A DNA stretch of 64,000 nucleotides from assembly GCA_964016885.1 (NCBI GenBank), contig OZ024741.1, forward strand, positions 332,878,001 through 332,942,000, written 5' to 3'. Each line of letters opens with the position of its first letter. The stretch's first letter is position 1. The translations under genes and the position numbers were made by a program. Positions 39,465 to 51,530 of the stretch are shown here, piece by piece. The notes under the pieces were generated by a model. That model was not told where the DNA came from. It did not search any database and worked only from the letters and a program-made list of their open reading frames with translations. The DNA comes from Eledone cirrhosa (lineage: Eukaryota).

Positions 39465-41186
39465 TATGAGAGGTGGCTCCATCCTGTTGGAAGTTCGACA
39501 GATAATCATTGCCAAAATAATTAGTTGCAAAAGCAAGTATAGGCTCCAGAATACTGTTTATGTAAAATTGGGAGCTGATTTTTGTCCTATGAAAATGAGA
39601 GTAAACCTCCAAGATGATTAAACAACCCCAGACTATAATAGAAGCTGGTTTCATTGTATGGAATACAGATTTTGAGTCAACACAGATTGCTGATGCGTTT
39701 TTTTTCCAATGACAACCATTTCTTTGGTTGTCTGTCTGCTCAACAGTAAAAATCATTTCATCTGACCAGACAACCTCGCCCGCCATGCAATGTTTCATTT
39801 CTTTAAGCAAATTCTTACTTCTCTGTAGCCTTTTTTGTTTTGTCTTTTCAGAAAGGGATTGTCTTTTCTGAAGGGCGAAGGAAGACATTCCCAAGTCATC
39901 ATTGATAATCCTTCTCCATTGTCCTAGGGCTTACGCGGACTTCTTTTGCCATTTTTCTCATGCAACTTTTCGGATTTTTTTAATCCTTTTTTGAACAGCT
40001 TTAATGAGAGTAGGAATCCTTTTAGTTCACAGTCTTCCACTTCTGGGTCTATCCGACAAATCTCCTAGCACTTTAAAATGCTTCACAGTTTTCCAAACAG
40101 TAGATATAGCAACTGAAAGTAACTTTGCAATATTCGAATCTGACAGTAGAGGAGCTAGAGAATAAATTCTGGCTATGGAAACAGCAGTTGGAAGCAAGAG
40201 GACTGAGAGTGAATCTAGCTAAGACAAAAGTGTTGATGAGTAGAAAAGAGGACAAAACTCTGATTCCGTCAGGGAAATGGCCATGTTCGATATGCAGAAA
40301 AGGAACTGGCATAAATTCTATAAAATGCACACAATCCTGGGTACACAAGAGATGTAGCGGGATAGCAGGCAAACTAACAGGTAGGGAGAAATTTGTATGC
40401 AGTAGATGTACAGGGAAATTAAACAGTAGAAGTCGCATTGATAGACACATTTTTCAAATGCAGGAGGGCGCTATAGAAGTGGTGGATAGCTTCCGGTACC
40501 TAGGAGATCAGATTAGCATGGGAGGAGGGTGTTCCGAGGCCATAGTATCTAGAATAAGGACGGGTTAGAAGAAGTTTAGGGAGCTGCTTCCTCTGTTGAC
40601 GAAGAAGGGTTTCTCGCTGCGTACGAAAGGCCGGTTGTATGATGCCTGTGTGAGGCGCGCGATGCTGCATGGTAGTGAGACATGGGCAGCAACTGCAGAG
40701 GGATAGAATGTAGTGTGCGAGAGAGGAGACTGAGGTGGTATGGACATGTGATGTGCATGGAGGATGACCGATGGGTGAAGAAGTACCAGGAATTGCCAGT
40801 TGAAGGAAGATGTGGTATAGGTAGACCACGAAAAACATGGGCGGAGGTGGTGAGAACAGACCTCAGATCATTGAAGCACACGGTGGAGATAACGAGGGAC
40901 CGTGACGAGTGGAGAGATGCTGTGCTGAATAAGACCCATCCCACCCTTGCAAGCAGAGAAAAGCGGACGTAAAATGATGATGATGATGATGATGATGACC
41001 TCCTGCATGATGATCTTTGAGTAGCATTTCTCTATTGGAAGACATTTTCAAATACTTTAAGAAATTCAAACAAAGTCCAATATGTTTAATGTTTTAACCT
41101 GATAATAGAAGAAGATTAATGATGTACTTACAACATTTTAGAAAACAAATTTCAAAAATTTGCTTCCAAACTAATGCCCCACACTG
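39465..41186 (-). mobile_element. maT-like Tc1/mariner transposon, split by an RTE insertion
   Basis: TA+CAGTGTGGGGC TIR at 41186; MSSNREMLLKDHHAG | DSNIAKLL...DRPRSGR...KRLQRSK...VWSDE...IVWG...FQQDGATSHT. Confidence 0.85.
40140..40998 (+). mobile_element. RTE LINE 3' fragment nested in the maT transposase
   Basis: GLRVNLAKTKV, KWPCSIC, MLHGSETW, RLRWYGHV, GRPRKTW, (GAT)n tail; internal deletion near 40700. Confidence 0.9.
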
Positions 41187-41319
41187 TACATGTAAGGATA
41201 CACATATATATGCATAAACACATACATATATAAACACATATATATATTTACATGCCTACATATTAAATATATGTAAATGTGTATATATTTACACACATTA
41301 ATGCAGTCCTGGTTAAACA

Positions 41320-41389
<70 letters not shown>

Positions 41390-41435
41390 ATTATATATAT
41401 ATATAGATGATGATTATATATATATTTATATTTAT

Positions 41436-41552
41436 ATAAATTGAAACAAAATGAAAACGAAATTTCATTTCTCACTCTTAGTATGGCACTTACTTAAATG
41501 TAAGTATGCATGTATACGTACATACATATATGTATACAGACGTACAGTAGCA

Positions 41553-41598
<46 letters not shown>

Positions 41599-42192
41599 TA
41601 CATACATATGCATACAGGTACACATACATATATGCACGTATCAGTTTAGCGGCGCTTATTGTAACGTCGCTTTGTTCGTTTGTAAACAAACTGAACAGCC
41701 TGAATTTATGCCATACGGTGTTAAGGCAACCACGTCACCTTTTTGTTCAACACTGACACAGGAACGATGTACTAGTTTCAGCACCGTTTACCCATCTGCC
41801 AGATAGTTGAACGTTCGAAAGTATATACTTTCCTTATGAAAATTAACGGCTGAGCAGCCTAATTTGCATATTGAGTGAGTTAAATCGGTCAGGCATACCG
41901 AAAACGATAAATTGAAACAAAATGATTCCTCGACTACGTAGTTTCGTGGCATAAACAAAAACAATACATCATAAAGATACAGAGTCCTTGCGAGGTCTGC
42001 CGACTTATCAAGAGGATACCTCATATATCCTGTGTCAGTGTTGAACAAAAAGGTGACGTGGTTGCCTTAACACCGTATGGCATAAATTCAGGCTGTTCAG
42101 TTTGTTTACAAACGAACAAAGCGACGTTACAATAAGCGCCGCTAAACTGATACGTGCATATATGTATGTGTACCTGTATGCATATGTATGTA

Positions 42193-42236
<44 letters not shown>

Positions 42237-42280
42237 TGCTACTGTACGTCTGTATACATATATGTATGTACGTATACATG
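41436..42280. mobile_element. Non-coding fold-back element with embedded HHR module
   Basis: Inverted arms 41509-41763 / 42028-42280; 19-bp direct repeat at 41436 and 41907; (TA)n on both sides. Confidence 0.8.
41927..42016 (-). ncRNA. Type I hammerhead ribozyme, U3-A8 core variant
   Basis: UCCUC-UUGAUAA-[GUCGGCA...UGCCAC]-GAAA-CUACGUAG-UC^GAGGA; predicted cut between 41932 and 41931. Confidence 0.8.
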
Positions 42281-42286
42281 TATATT

Positions 42287-42319
<33 letters not shown>

Positions 42320-42322
42320 ATA

Positions 42323-42354
<32 letters not shown>

Positions 42355-42490
42355 AATATAAATATATATATAATCATCATTGTCATCATCATCATCATCA
42401 TCACCATTTAAAGTCCAGTTTTCCTTGTCTAACACATGCTAGCACAGAAAAATGGACTTTAAATGGTAATGATGATATATACACACACAC

Positions 42491-42522
<32 letters not shown>

Positions 42523-42862
42523 CTGTGTCTGTGTGTATCCCAGGTTCAATCAGGGGTAACCACAGCAAGTAAGGTTCTGAATACATAGTAGAGTATATAA
42601 TGTTTAATATTGAAATGGCTTCTACAGGACTAGAACTGTTTCATTCGAAGGTTCCTTTGAACAGTTATATATATATCCATATATATCATCATTTTATGTC
42701 CGCTTTTCCCTGCTTGCATATGATAAAGTTATATCTGTAAAAATATAGAGTGTATAACTGAGACTACACCACCGTATATACATATATCTAATATGTAGGT
42801 ATATAAACATGCAAGAAAATACAAATTTCCTTATGAATTGAAATTTATATATATATATATAT

Positions 42863-43015
42863 AACGAAGGAAATGTGGTAAGGAACCAGGTGGACCATAA
42901 CGCACCAAAGTACTCAATACTTAGGGTAGTAGAGTGGGTAATAGGAACAAGTAAGACCCAGAATTAGCCGTCGAAACGGCTTGAGCTCAGCCATCGGGGT
43001 CTTACTTGTTCCTAT
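42863..43015 (+). ncRNA. HHR-like element family B, copy 2 (core deleted)
   Basis: 19-bp perfect stem 42941-42959 / 42997-43015 enclosing CCGUC-GAAA-CGGC-loop-GCCA-UC; (TA)n flanks. Confidence 0.55.
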
Positions 43016-43106
43016 ATATATATATATATATATACATTATGAAGAGAGAAGAAACATTTAGATATAATTAGTAATAAAATGTATCATACCTAAACTGCTC
43101 CTAGAT

Positions 43107-43196
43107 TCCTCGACTACGTAGTTTCGTGGCATAAACAAAAACAATACATCATAAAGATATAGAGTCCTTGCGAGGTCTGCCGACTTATCAAGAGGA
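43107..43196 (-). ncRNA. Type I hammerhead ribozyme, U3-A8 core variant (intact)
   Basis: Stem I UCCUC/GAGGA, core UUGAUAA (43191-43185), GAAA (43125-43122), palindromic stem III ACUACGUAGU, GUC triplet; cut 43112/43111. Confidence 0.82.
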
Positions 43197-43699
43197 TACC
43201 TCATTTTACTAGTCTCAAGAACGCGTCTACACGACGTGAGAAAGAATCCCAAAAGGCGGAGGGGGAGATAGTCACGCGATATAACGGTCGAGAAACAGAG
43301 CTAAGCCTCTTATAACCCTGAAGAAAATACCACGGAGGCGGAGGGGGTATTTATATCGAAGCCGTAGAAGAGGTGGTGAAGGAGGCGAGAAGTATGAGTA
43401 ATGGAAGCTTTCCAGCAGTCCCCACACTTCAAAGATTGCTCGACCAGAGGGAGTTATTAACAATATATTTAGAAACACACAGATACATGAGGACACACAC
43501 ATATACATGAATGCATCCGCACCCAACCGTGAGTTAAGGGTGCCAACTTCACCGATGTTGCTCAATGAATGACTGGGACAGACCAATCCGGTTGAACTAG
43601 ACTGAACCAGTATCAGAGTTAAAAATACATTATGAAGAGAGAAGAAACATTTAGATATAATTAGTAATAAAATGTATCATACCTAAACTGCTCCTAGAT

Positions 43700-43789
43700 T
43701 CCTCGACTACGTAGTTTTGTGGCATAAACAAAAACAATACATCATAAAGATATAGAGTCCTTGCGAGGTCTGCCGACTTATCAAGAGGA
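43700..43789 (-). ncRNA. Same HHR with G12A (predicted inactive)
   Basis: Identical to 43107-43196 except C>T at 43718, which turns GAAA into AAAA. Confidence 0.75.
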
Positions 43790-43936
43790 TACCTCATTTT
43801 ACTAGTCTCAAGAACGTGTCTTCACGACGTGAGAAAGAATCCCAAAAGGCGGAGGGGGAGATAGTCACGCGATATAACGGTCGAGAAACAGAGCTAAGCC
43901 TCTTATAACCCCGAAGAAAATACCACGGAGTATATA

Positions 43937-43991
<55 letters not shown>

Positions 43992-44920
43992 GAATGGGCG
44001 AAGGATTCAAGAACACGCGCTTTGCCCGTTCCCTTGTTTCAATTTGGATTGTCTTGGGAACGTAACCTTATTGTGTGGCCACAGTCGTTATTGAAATATG
44101 TATCAGCCTTATCAATAAAGGACTTTAACATCTGAAACTACTTCGCATTTTCTTATTCTCTCTCTCTCTCTATATATATGTAGCAATATCCATTCTGTGT
44201 AAGAACATAAATAAATAATATAATAAATATATACATATATACACACATATATATGCATTTAGTTATTTATATATTTGTGTGAGTGTGTGTTTGTGTGGAA
44301 GGAAACCACCGTCACATGGTTGAGAAAACATCTTATTATCATTTGAAATTTCGATCCAGTGACTCGATAACAAGTTAAATAAATGAAGGAATGGAAAATT
44401 AAATCTTCTAAAATGCTATAAAAGTAGCCAAGAGCAGAGGTGATTAGTTTCGCTGCAGATGATTACAGTTCTCAATAATCTAATTTCAGAGATTTACTAT
44501 TATTCAGGTAGTCAACATAGTCTGCAGACATAAACTATATAGATAAGAATCAATTCTAGATTCAGCTCATCCATTGATAATTAGCTTAGACTACACTGTA
44601 AGAAATAATTCACACATTCACAGGTCAATTTTATTGTCCAGACATACAGGAAGACAGCATAGCTTGAATGAACACATGTTTGTAGTATATGATAAATACA
44701 CACATGATACGTATGCACATACACGCATTTTATATGCGTATATTATATTGTATTATATTATATATTATTTGCCAAGCTACAAGCAGCCATGCATGTGTTT
44801 ATGCAGACATATATACCACATGTACATATAACTGTATGTGTGTATAGGCAAGGCACTTAAATTTTTAAAGACGCTTATATATGTGGTATATATATGTGAG
44901 TGTGTGTGTGTATATATATA

Positions 44921-45009
<89 letters not shown>

Positions 45010-45048
45010 TATGTATGCATACACACGCACACACATATATATATATAT

Positions 45049-45083
<35 letters not shown>

Positions 45084-46021
45084 CACAAATATACATACAA
45101 TCATATGTTTATATATACACACACTTACACACATATTTATATTCATACAAACCCGTCTAAGCCATGCCAGCATGGAAGATGGACGTTAAACGATGATGAT
45201 GACGATGATGATATATGTATATATATATATCATCATTATCATCATCATCAATCATCATTAACATCTGCTTTCCCTGCTAGCAAGGGTTGGTTGGGTCTAC
45301 ATAGACCAAGTCACTACTGAGGCTGTGCTACTGACCTTCCTGGCAGGCCAGGGAGTCTGTGCCTTGCTTACATTTTACTGAGTGCACAAGAGAGTTTTCA
45401 TGTCTTTTAACACTAAAGATTTTGTTTGGCAAGCATTCTATGACTGGATGCCCTCCTCTCACCAACCACTTTTCAGTATGTACTGAGTGCATTTTTTGTG
45501 TAGTCACCAACACTAGAGAGGTTGTTATGCATTTAACAATTATCAACATCATCATCATTTAATGTCTAGGATGCACCTCTCTTTAGAAAGAAGAACCTTA
45601 GAAGAATTCCTGATAGCAGGTGTGGAAAGGGATTTCTTATTTTGAAGTCAGCAGATGGTCTGCCAGAATACTATACTTGCTGATTATGATAGGCTTACCA
45701 ATGCTTTATGAGTGAAATTGGTAGATGAGTACTCCCAATAATAAGAAGCTGGTAAGTCGTTTGCCATAATACTTTATTTGCTGATCTAAAGTCAGATTCT
45801 AGCTTAACCCCAAATCCTCTCATGTCTTAACCTTGGAAGCCTTTAACTATCCTTGCTGTGACTTTTCCTGACTGCTTGTACTATGAGTACAAAAAGGAAC
45901 ATTTATGACCAAGCCAAACTTGTAAGATGGTATAATATATTGTTGCATGGGTTTTTGGTTTTGTCTGCACAGACAAAACCATGTTAACTGTTTGTTAACA
46001 TGGATTTGATATATTGTTAAA

Positions 46022-46598
46022 TGAGCAGGGTGCTCCGAGGCCATAGTATCTAGAATAAGGATAGGTTGGAAGAAGTTTAGAGGGCTGCTTCCTCTGTTGA
46101 CAAAGAAGGGTTTCTCCCTACAAACGAAAGGCTGGTTATATGATGCCTGTGTGAGATGTGCAATGCTGCATGGTAGTGAGACATGGGCAGCAACAGCGGA
46201 GAATATGCGGCGGCTGGAGAGAAATGAAGCAAGCATGCTTCGTTGGCTGTGCAATGTCAATGTGCATGAACGACCAGGCATAGATGAGGTGGGAGAGAAA
46301 CTGTGTATAAGAGGGATAAGCTGTAGTGTGCGGAAGAGAAGACTACGTTGGTATGGACATGTGATGCACATGGAGGATGATCTCTGGGTAAAGAAGTGCC
46401 AAGAAATCCCAGTAGAAGGAAGACACAGTAGAGGTAGACCACGAAAAACATGGGCAGAGGTGGTGAGAGCTGATCTCAGATTGCTGAAGCTCACGGAGGA
46501 GATGACGAGGGACCATGACAAATAGAGAAATGCTGTGCTGAATAGGACCTGTCCAACCCTTGCAAGCAGGGAAAAGCAGACATAAAATGATGATGATC
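46022..46598 (+). mobile_element. RTE LINE 3' fragment (same subfamily as 40140)
   Basis: MLHGSETW...RRLERNEASMLRW...RLRWYGHV...GRPRKTW, tail CCCTTGCAAGCAGGGAAAAGCAGACATAAAATGATGATG. Confidence 0.9.
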
Positions 46599-46704
46599 AA
46601 AGATTAGTTATTAACAGTATTAACCCTGGTATCTGTAGATGAGTAATTGTATATAAGCAATAGATCTTAGTGCCTGTTTTCACAGTTATATATCCTCACA
46701 CACC

Positions 46705-46915
46705 TCCTCATCATCAAGGTTATCATCATCATCCTTATTGGCATCATTACTGTCATCGTCTTCATTATCTCCATTGCTAAACATCATCATCACTGTCATC
46801 ATCATTGTTATTATCACCATCATCATCATCACCACCATCATTGTCATTATTCTAATCATCATCATCATCATCATCATTGTCATTATCATTGTCATTATCA
46901 CCATCATCATCACCG

Positions 46916-46960
<45 letters not shown>

Positions 46961-47320
46961 GCGTCATCATCATCATTATCATCATTATCATCATCATCAT
47001 CATCGTCATTATCATCACCACCATCATCATCATTAGCATCACAATCATCATTATCATCATCATCATCATCATCGTTGTTGTCAAGCATCATCACTATCGT
47101 TGGTGTGATCATCCTTAGTGTTATTGTCATGATCAACATCATCATCATCATCATCATCGTCGCATCATCATCATCATCATAATCATCATCAGTTTCCTTT
47201 TCAGACATCATGAACACCATCACCATCACCCTTGTTGTCATGATTGTCATGATTGTCATTATGATCATCACCATCATCATCAACACCATCAATGTTGTAC
47301 ATATCACAATCATCATCATA
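46705..47320. repeat. Degenerate (CAT)n microsatellite
   Basis: Seen directly; source of the poly-M/D/I/S ORFs. Confidence 0.95.
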
Positions 47321-47399
47321 CACACAATTGAATATGACTGTCCAAATCCTGCTGATGTTCACTTTGCCTTTTCTCTTCCCAATGTTAATAAAATACCAG

Positions 47400-47600
47400 T
47401 CATACACTGTACTAAGTGCTACACCCGGTCCTTCCTTTCCAGAATGGCTTCCCTTTGGAATCTTCTCCCAGCACATGTATTTCCTACAGCCACCAACAAA
47501 CAGCTCAAGGGAAACATTGACAACTTTGGTTTCTCACAGGTGCCATTGATGAACCTGTGTAAGCCATGGATTTAGGCCTTTCCTTAAGTTTATATAAAAC
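47400..47600 (+). mobile_element. CR1/Jockey-like LINE 3' fragment
   Basis: YTRSFLSRMASLWNLLPAHVFP resembles the SFF.R...LWN.LP..VFP terminus. Confidence 0.6.
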
Positions 47601-48063
47601 AAAGCATTTGCATGTGTGTACATTTGTGTGTCTTTGTGTCGATGAATGTGTGTGTGTGTATTCATTTGTGTGCATTTGTATGTGCGTGTGTGTGTGTGTG
47701 TGTATTTGTGTGCGTGTGTATGTGTGCATGCGTGTGTGCGTATGTAGCAAGGCCATATGGTTAAGTTCAATTCCTAATGATTAGGTCCAAGGATCTTTCG
47801 TGGCCATAAATTTAATCTCTATCAGATTTTGCATTTGTTTTCAACTGTGTTGCTAAACTTTTGACCAATCTACCTGAACGTCAATTTATATGACAGTCAG
47901 GGATGCTGTAAATCCAAATAGTTAAAAAGTTCACTATGCAATCATTAAGTCCCAGGTTTGATCCCACTGCATGGCATTTCAGACCAGTATAATATATTAC
48001 AGCCTTGGATCAACTCATACCTAAAACAAAACGCACTATTTAAGGGAACAAAAAAGAAGAAAA

Positions 48064-48200
48064 AGTGGCCTAATGGGAGTGATTAGAGACAGTTGAGATC
48101 TTGGTCTGTGGTTCAATCCTGGTCAGGGGATACATGAACAGTGTCCTATTAATCTTTTATGAGTTGTAGTGCACCTGAGCACTATAGACAATAATTTCAA
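48064..48200 (+). mobile_element. Short tRNA-SINE with CR1-derived tail
   Basis: A-box-like TGGCCTAATGG, B box GGTTCAATCC, tail GAGTTGTAGTGCACCTGAGCA...ACAATAATTTCA shared with the CR1 at 53254. Confidence 0.7.
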
Positions 48201-48487
48201 CATCCTCATCACCATCATCATTTTACGTATGTGTATATATGTGTGTATATATGTGTGTACATTATCATTATTATCAAAAAAATAATCAAGCAACGAAAGA
48301 AAGGGAGAGAGGGAGGGACAGGCACCCATCCCGGTCTGAGCAGTGTTTCAGCCGCACTCCACGGACAAAATAGCAAAGGCATTACTGCAGGGAATGGCAG
48401 GGAATGGCAGCCCACCTTAAAGGGCTCTGTTCCCAAGCAGGTCACTATCTTTCTGATTTTACGGAGGAAATCAGCATTATATGTAAA

Positions 48488-49425
48488 ATTGGGTAGACAG
48501 CAATTGTTTGGAAGCCTATTGGATGGAGTCTACTTGTAATTCAAAGGGCCAGCTTTGTTGCACAGTGTCATGCTGAATCTCCCTGAGAATTACGTTATGG
48601 GTACACTTGTATGTAGAATGCTCAGTCACTTACATGTTTATTTCATGAACAGCCTGTCCAAATGACTGCACAACTGGAACACCTGTTGAAACTGATGGAC
48701 ATGCATTCCATGCATGTGAATGTGTATATATACATGCATGCACGTATGTATGTATATATATACATGTATGCACATATATGTGTGTGTATATATATATACA
48801 TCCATGTACATATGTGTGTGTGTATATACATGCATGCACATATGTGTGTGTATATATGTACATATATGCACATATATCTGAGTGTATATATACATGCATG
48901 CACATATATGTGTGTGTATATACATGCATGCACATATGTGTGTGTATATATATATACATGTATGCACATATATATGTGTATATATACATGTATGCACATA
49001 TATATGTATATATATACATGTATGCACATATATGTGTGTGTATATATACATGTATGCACATATATATGTGTATATATACATGTATGCACATATATGTGTG
49101 TACATGCATGTGCATGTACATATGTGTGTATATGTCTTGTGAATGCAATTGGGTAGGCAGGAACTGTTTGGAAGCCTTTTGGATGAACTACTGTACCTGT
49201 AATTCAAAGGGCCAGCTTTGTTGCACACTATCTCATGCTGAATCTCCCTGAGAATTACTTTAAAGGTAGACATGTCTGTGGAATACTCAGCCACTTACAC
49301 TATAATACAAGACAGACTGTAATTCAATGAGTAAGCCTTGCCACACACGTCTCTATGGAATGCTCAGTCACTTACAGGTTAATTTCATGAATCAGCTATA
49401 CCAATGATTGGGCAACTGGAATGCT
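48488..49425. repeat. Two diverged copies of a ~200-bp repeat flanking a ~30-bp TA/CATG minisatellite
   Basis: TTGGGTAG..TGTTTGGAAGCC..GTAATTCAAAGGGCCAGCTTTGTTGCACA..CATGCTGAATCTCCCTGAGAATTAC at ~48489 and ~49149; minisatellite at 48715-49135. Confidence 0.75.
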
Positions 49426-49476
49426 TAATGTTGAATTTAACAGAGGTCCATTATTTTATGTGTATGGGTGTTAGAT

Positions 49477-49660
49477 TGGCAGTATCGGTAAAGTGTCAAA
49501 CACCATGCTTTGCAGCATAGAGTTATGGCCCTTTACAGTCAGAGTTCAAATCCCGCCAAGGTTAACTTTGCCTTTCGTCCTTACGGGGGTCGATAAAATA
49601 AAACACCAGTAATGCACTGGGGTAATTGCTGGCCTTGTGCCAAAAGTAGAAACAATTATT
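49477..49660 (+). mobile_element. tRNA-SINE (Meta-like domain)
   Basis: Same family as 17668 and 28466. Confidence 0.85.
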
Positions 49661-51530
49661 TTGTGTGTGTGTGTGCGCGCACATGAATGTATGCATGTGT
49701 ATATGTATGTATGTGTATATGTATGTATGTGTATATGCATGTATATATATGTGTGTATGTGCATGTATGAGAGTGTGTGTATATACTTGTATGTGTGTGT
49801 GAGTGCATGTATGTGTGTGTGTATGTGTGAATGCATGTATGTGTGTGCCTACACTTTCTGGTTTGCAAATTCAAATAGTAAAGTATACTCAGCAATTTCA
49901 ATGGAGTGGTAATTTTTCATTCCATATATTTATTTATTTTATCATTTTTTTTCAAGACATATTTTTCAAATAATGGAATTTAGAAAATTCTAGAAGAACA
50001 ACAACCGAAATTGTGGTGCAACTAAATAGAACATCTATCAAAATATTCTCCTAGTTTCTATTCTATATATTTTATTTCTTTTCTTCTTCTATTTTATTAC
50101 GATTTAAGTTCATGGCACCATCTATTAATCAGTTCATTTTGAGAAAATTGCCATATAGCCTCGATGCCAAAATGATAGAAGACTTTTTAAAAGGGAACAA
50201 AAAATGTTCTAATATAATAAGATTTCAAATAATTAATTTGATTTTTTTAATTTCATTTTATTTATTATTTTTTTTTTTGTTCTATATCTAGCTCAATGCT
50301 AAAACTGAAGCAGAAATAGGATTCTTTTGTCTTTTTTGTCTAATTTTTTTTATTTTCCATTTTTTTAAAAATTTCTCAGAGCGACATAGACAGAGAATAC
50401 ACCTCTTTAAGATAATATCATTTTCTAAACCAAAATGGAGTTTTGCAATGTTTTATTTATCAATCATTGTCCAGATAATAGTGCAGGAGTCTGTTTATTT
50501 TTTTCCTTTCTGAAATGATGGTATTAGATTTTCTAAATAGAAGGAATGAAACTGAGAGACAGCACTTTCAATGCTCGTGAGTCAACATAGTAATTTTGGG
50601 GTTTTGTGTGGGGATTTTCCTTGGAATTAACCTCCTTATTGAGAAACTGGTCCTAGTCGAGATTAGTTGTCGTGTAAACATATACAATATATATATGTAA
50701 ACAAATCTATTTTCCCAACAGGAAAATGAAAAATTTGATGCAAATCACCATAATAATGGTTTCTGATTTAGGCACAAGGCCAACAATTTTGAGGGAGGGG
50801 AAAGTTGATTAAATCAACCCCAGTGCATTACTGGTACTTAATTTTATCAAGAACCCTTTAAAATGGATGGTTTTGTTTCATAGAATCAGAGCAGTTTTGT
50901 CTGGATTGTTAGGAAAAGGGTTAAACATAGTAATATATAATTATCTGTACTCTACTGTCCAATAAAAGGAAATAAAACAGAATGGGATCCATTCCTTATT
51001 TTATGAAAGACATAAAACAATTTATTGTAATCATTGAAGAATTTGTCTGGAGATAAAACGAAAATCAATAAACTATAATATTTACCTGCAAGAGCAGCTG
51101 ATTGAAAATAATTGTTAGTGTGTCAGATAAAATGCCTCGCAGTATTTATTCCTCCATTTTGCATTTTTGTTCAAATCCCACAGAGGTCAAGTTTGCCTTT
51201 CATCCTTCCAGGGTTGATATGATAAAGTCTCATCAAGTACTGGAGCCAGTCCCCTGCTTCTTTCTCTTTCTCTCACAGAATCTGCTGTGAGAATTGTAGC
51301 AGACCACTTATAATATTCTTTTCCTCCAAGACAACCACTTCTACTCAGTTGTAATGGAAAGAATTTTGTCGCTGAGGCAAAGGATGATAATAATTGATCT
51401 GTAAGAACTTATAACATTCTCAAACCCTTTTGTTACCAACTTCCTTAGACTACTTCTTGTTCTATAATGCAAAACCTCTTGTTTTAAAGAGTCCTCCTCA
51501 TTCCTCTTCACCCGCGTCTTCTCCTCCCTA

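Larger units (their letters stand above)
43033..43930 (-). mobile_element. Retrozyme-like non-autonomous element: 305-bp direct repeats around a 288-bp unique segment
   Basis: 43033-43337 equals 43626-43930 (4 substitutions by my count); one HHR per repeat; no credible ORF; (TA)n on both sides. Confidence 0.85.

Noticed and set aside
41764-41900. Additional HHR in the fold-back spacer (GAAACUAGUA on minus; GAAAGUAUAUACUU on plus)
   Set aside because: Palindromic stem-III-like halves are present, but I could not find a matching core strand with a pairing stem I.
43305-43375. Opposite-polarity (plus-strand) hammerhead in the 593-nt unit
   Set aside because: CUGAAGA and an AAAUACC/GGUAUUU stem exist, but GAAA is GAAG and offset, stem I is not adjacent, and the second repeat reads CCGAAGA.
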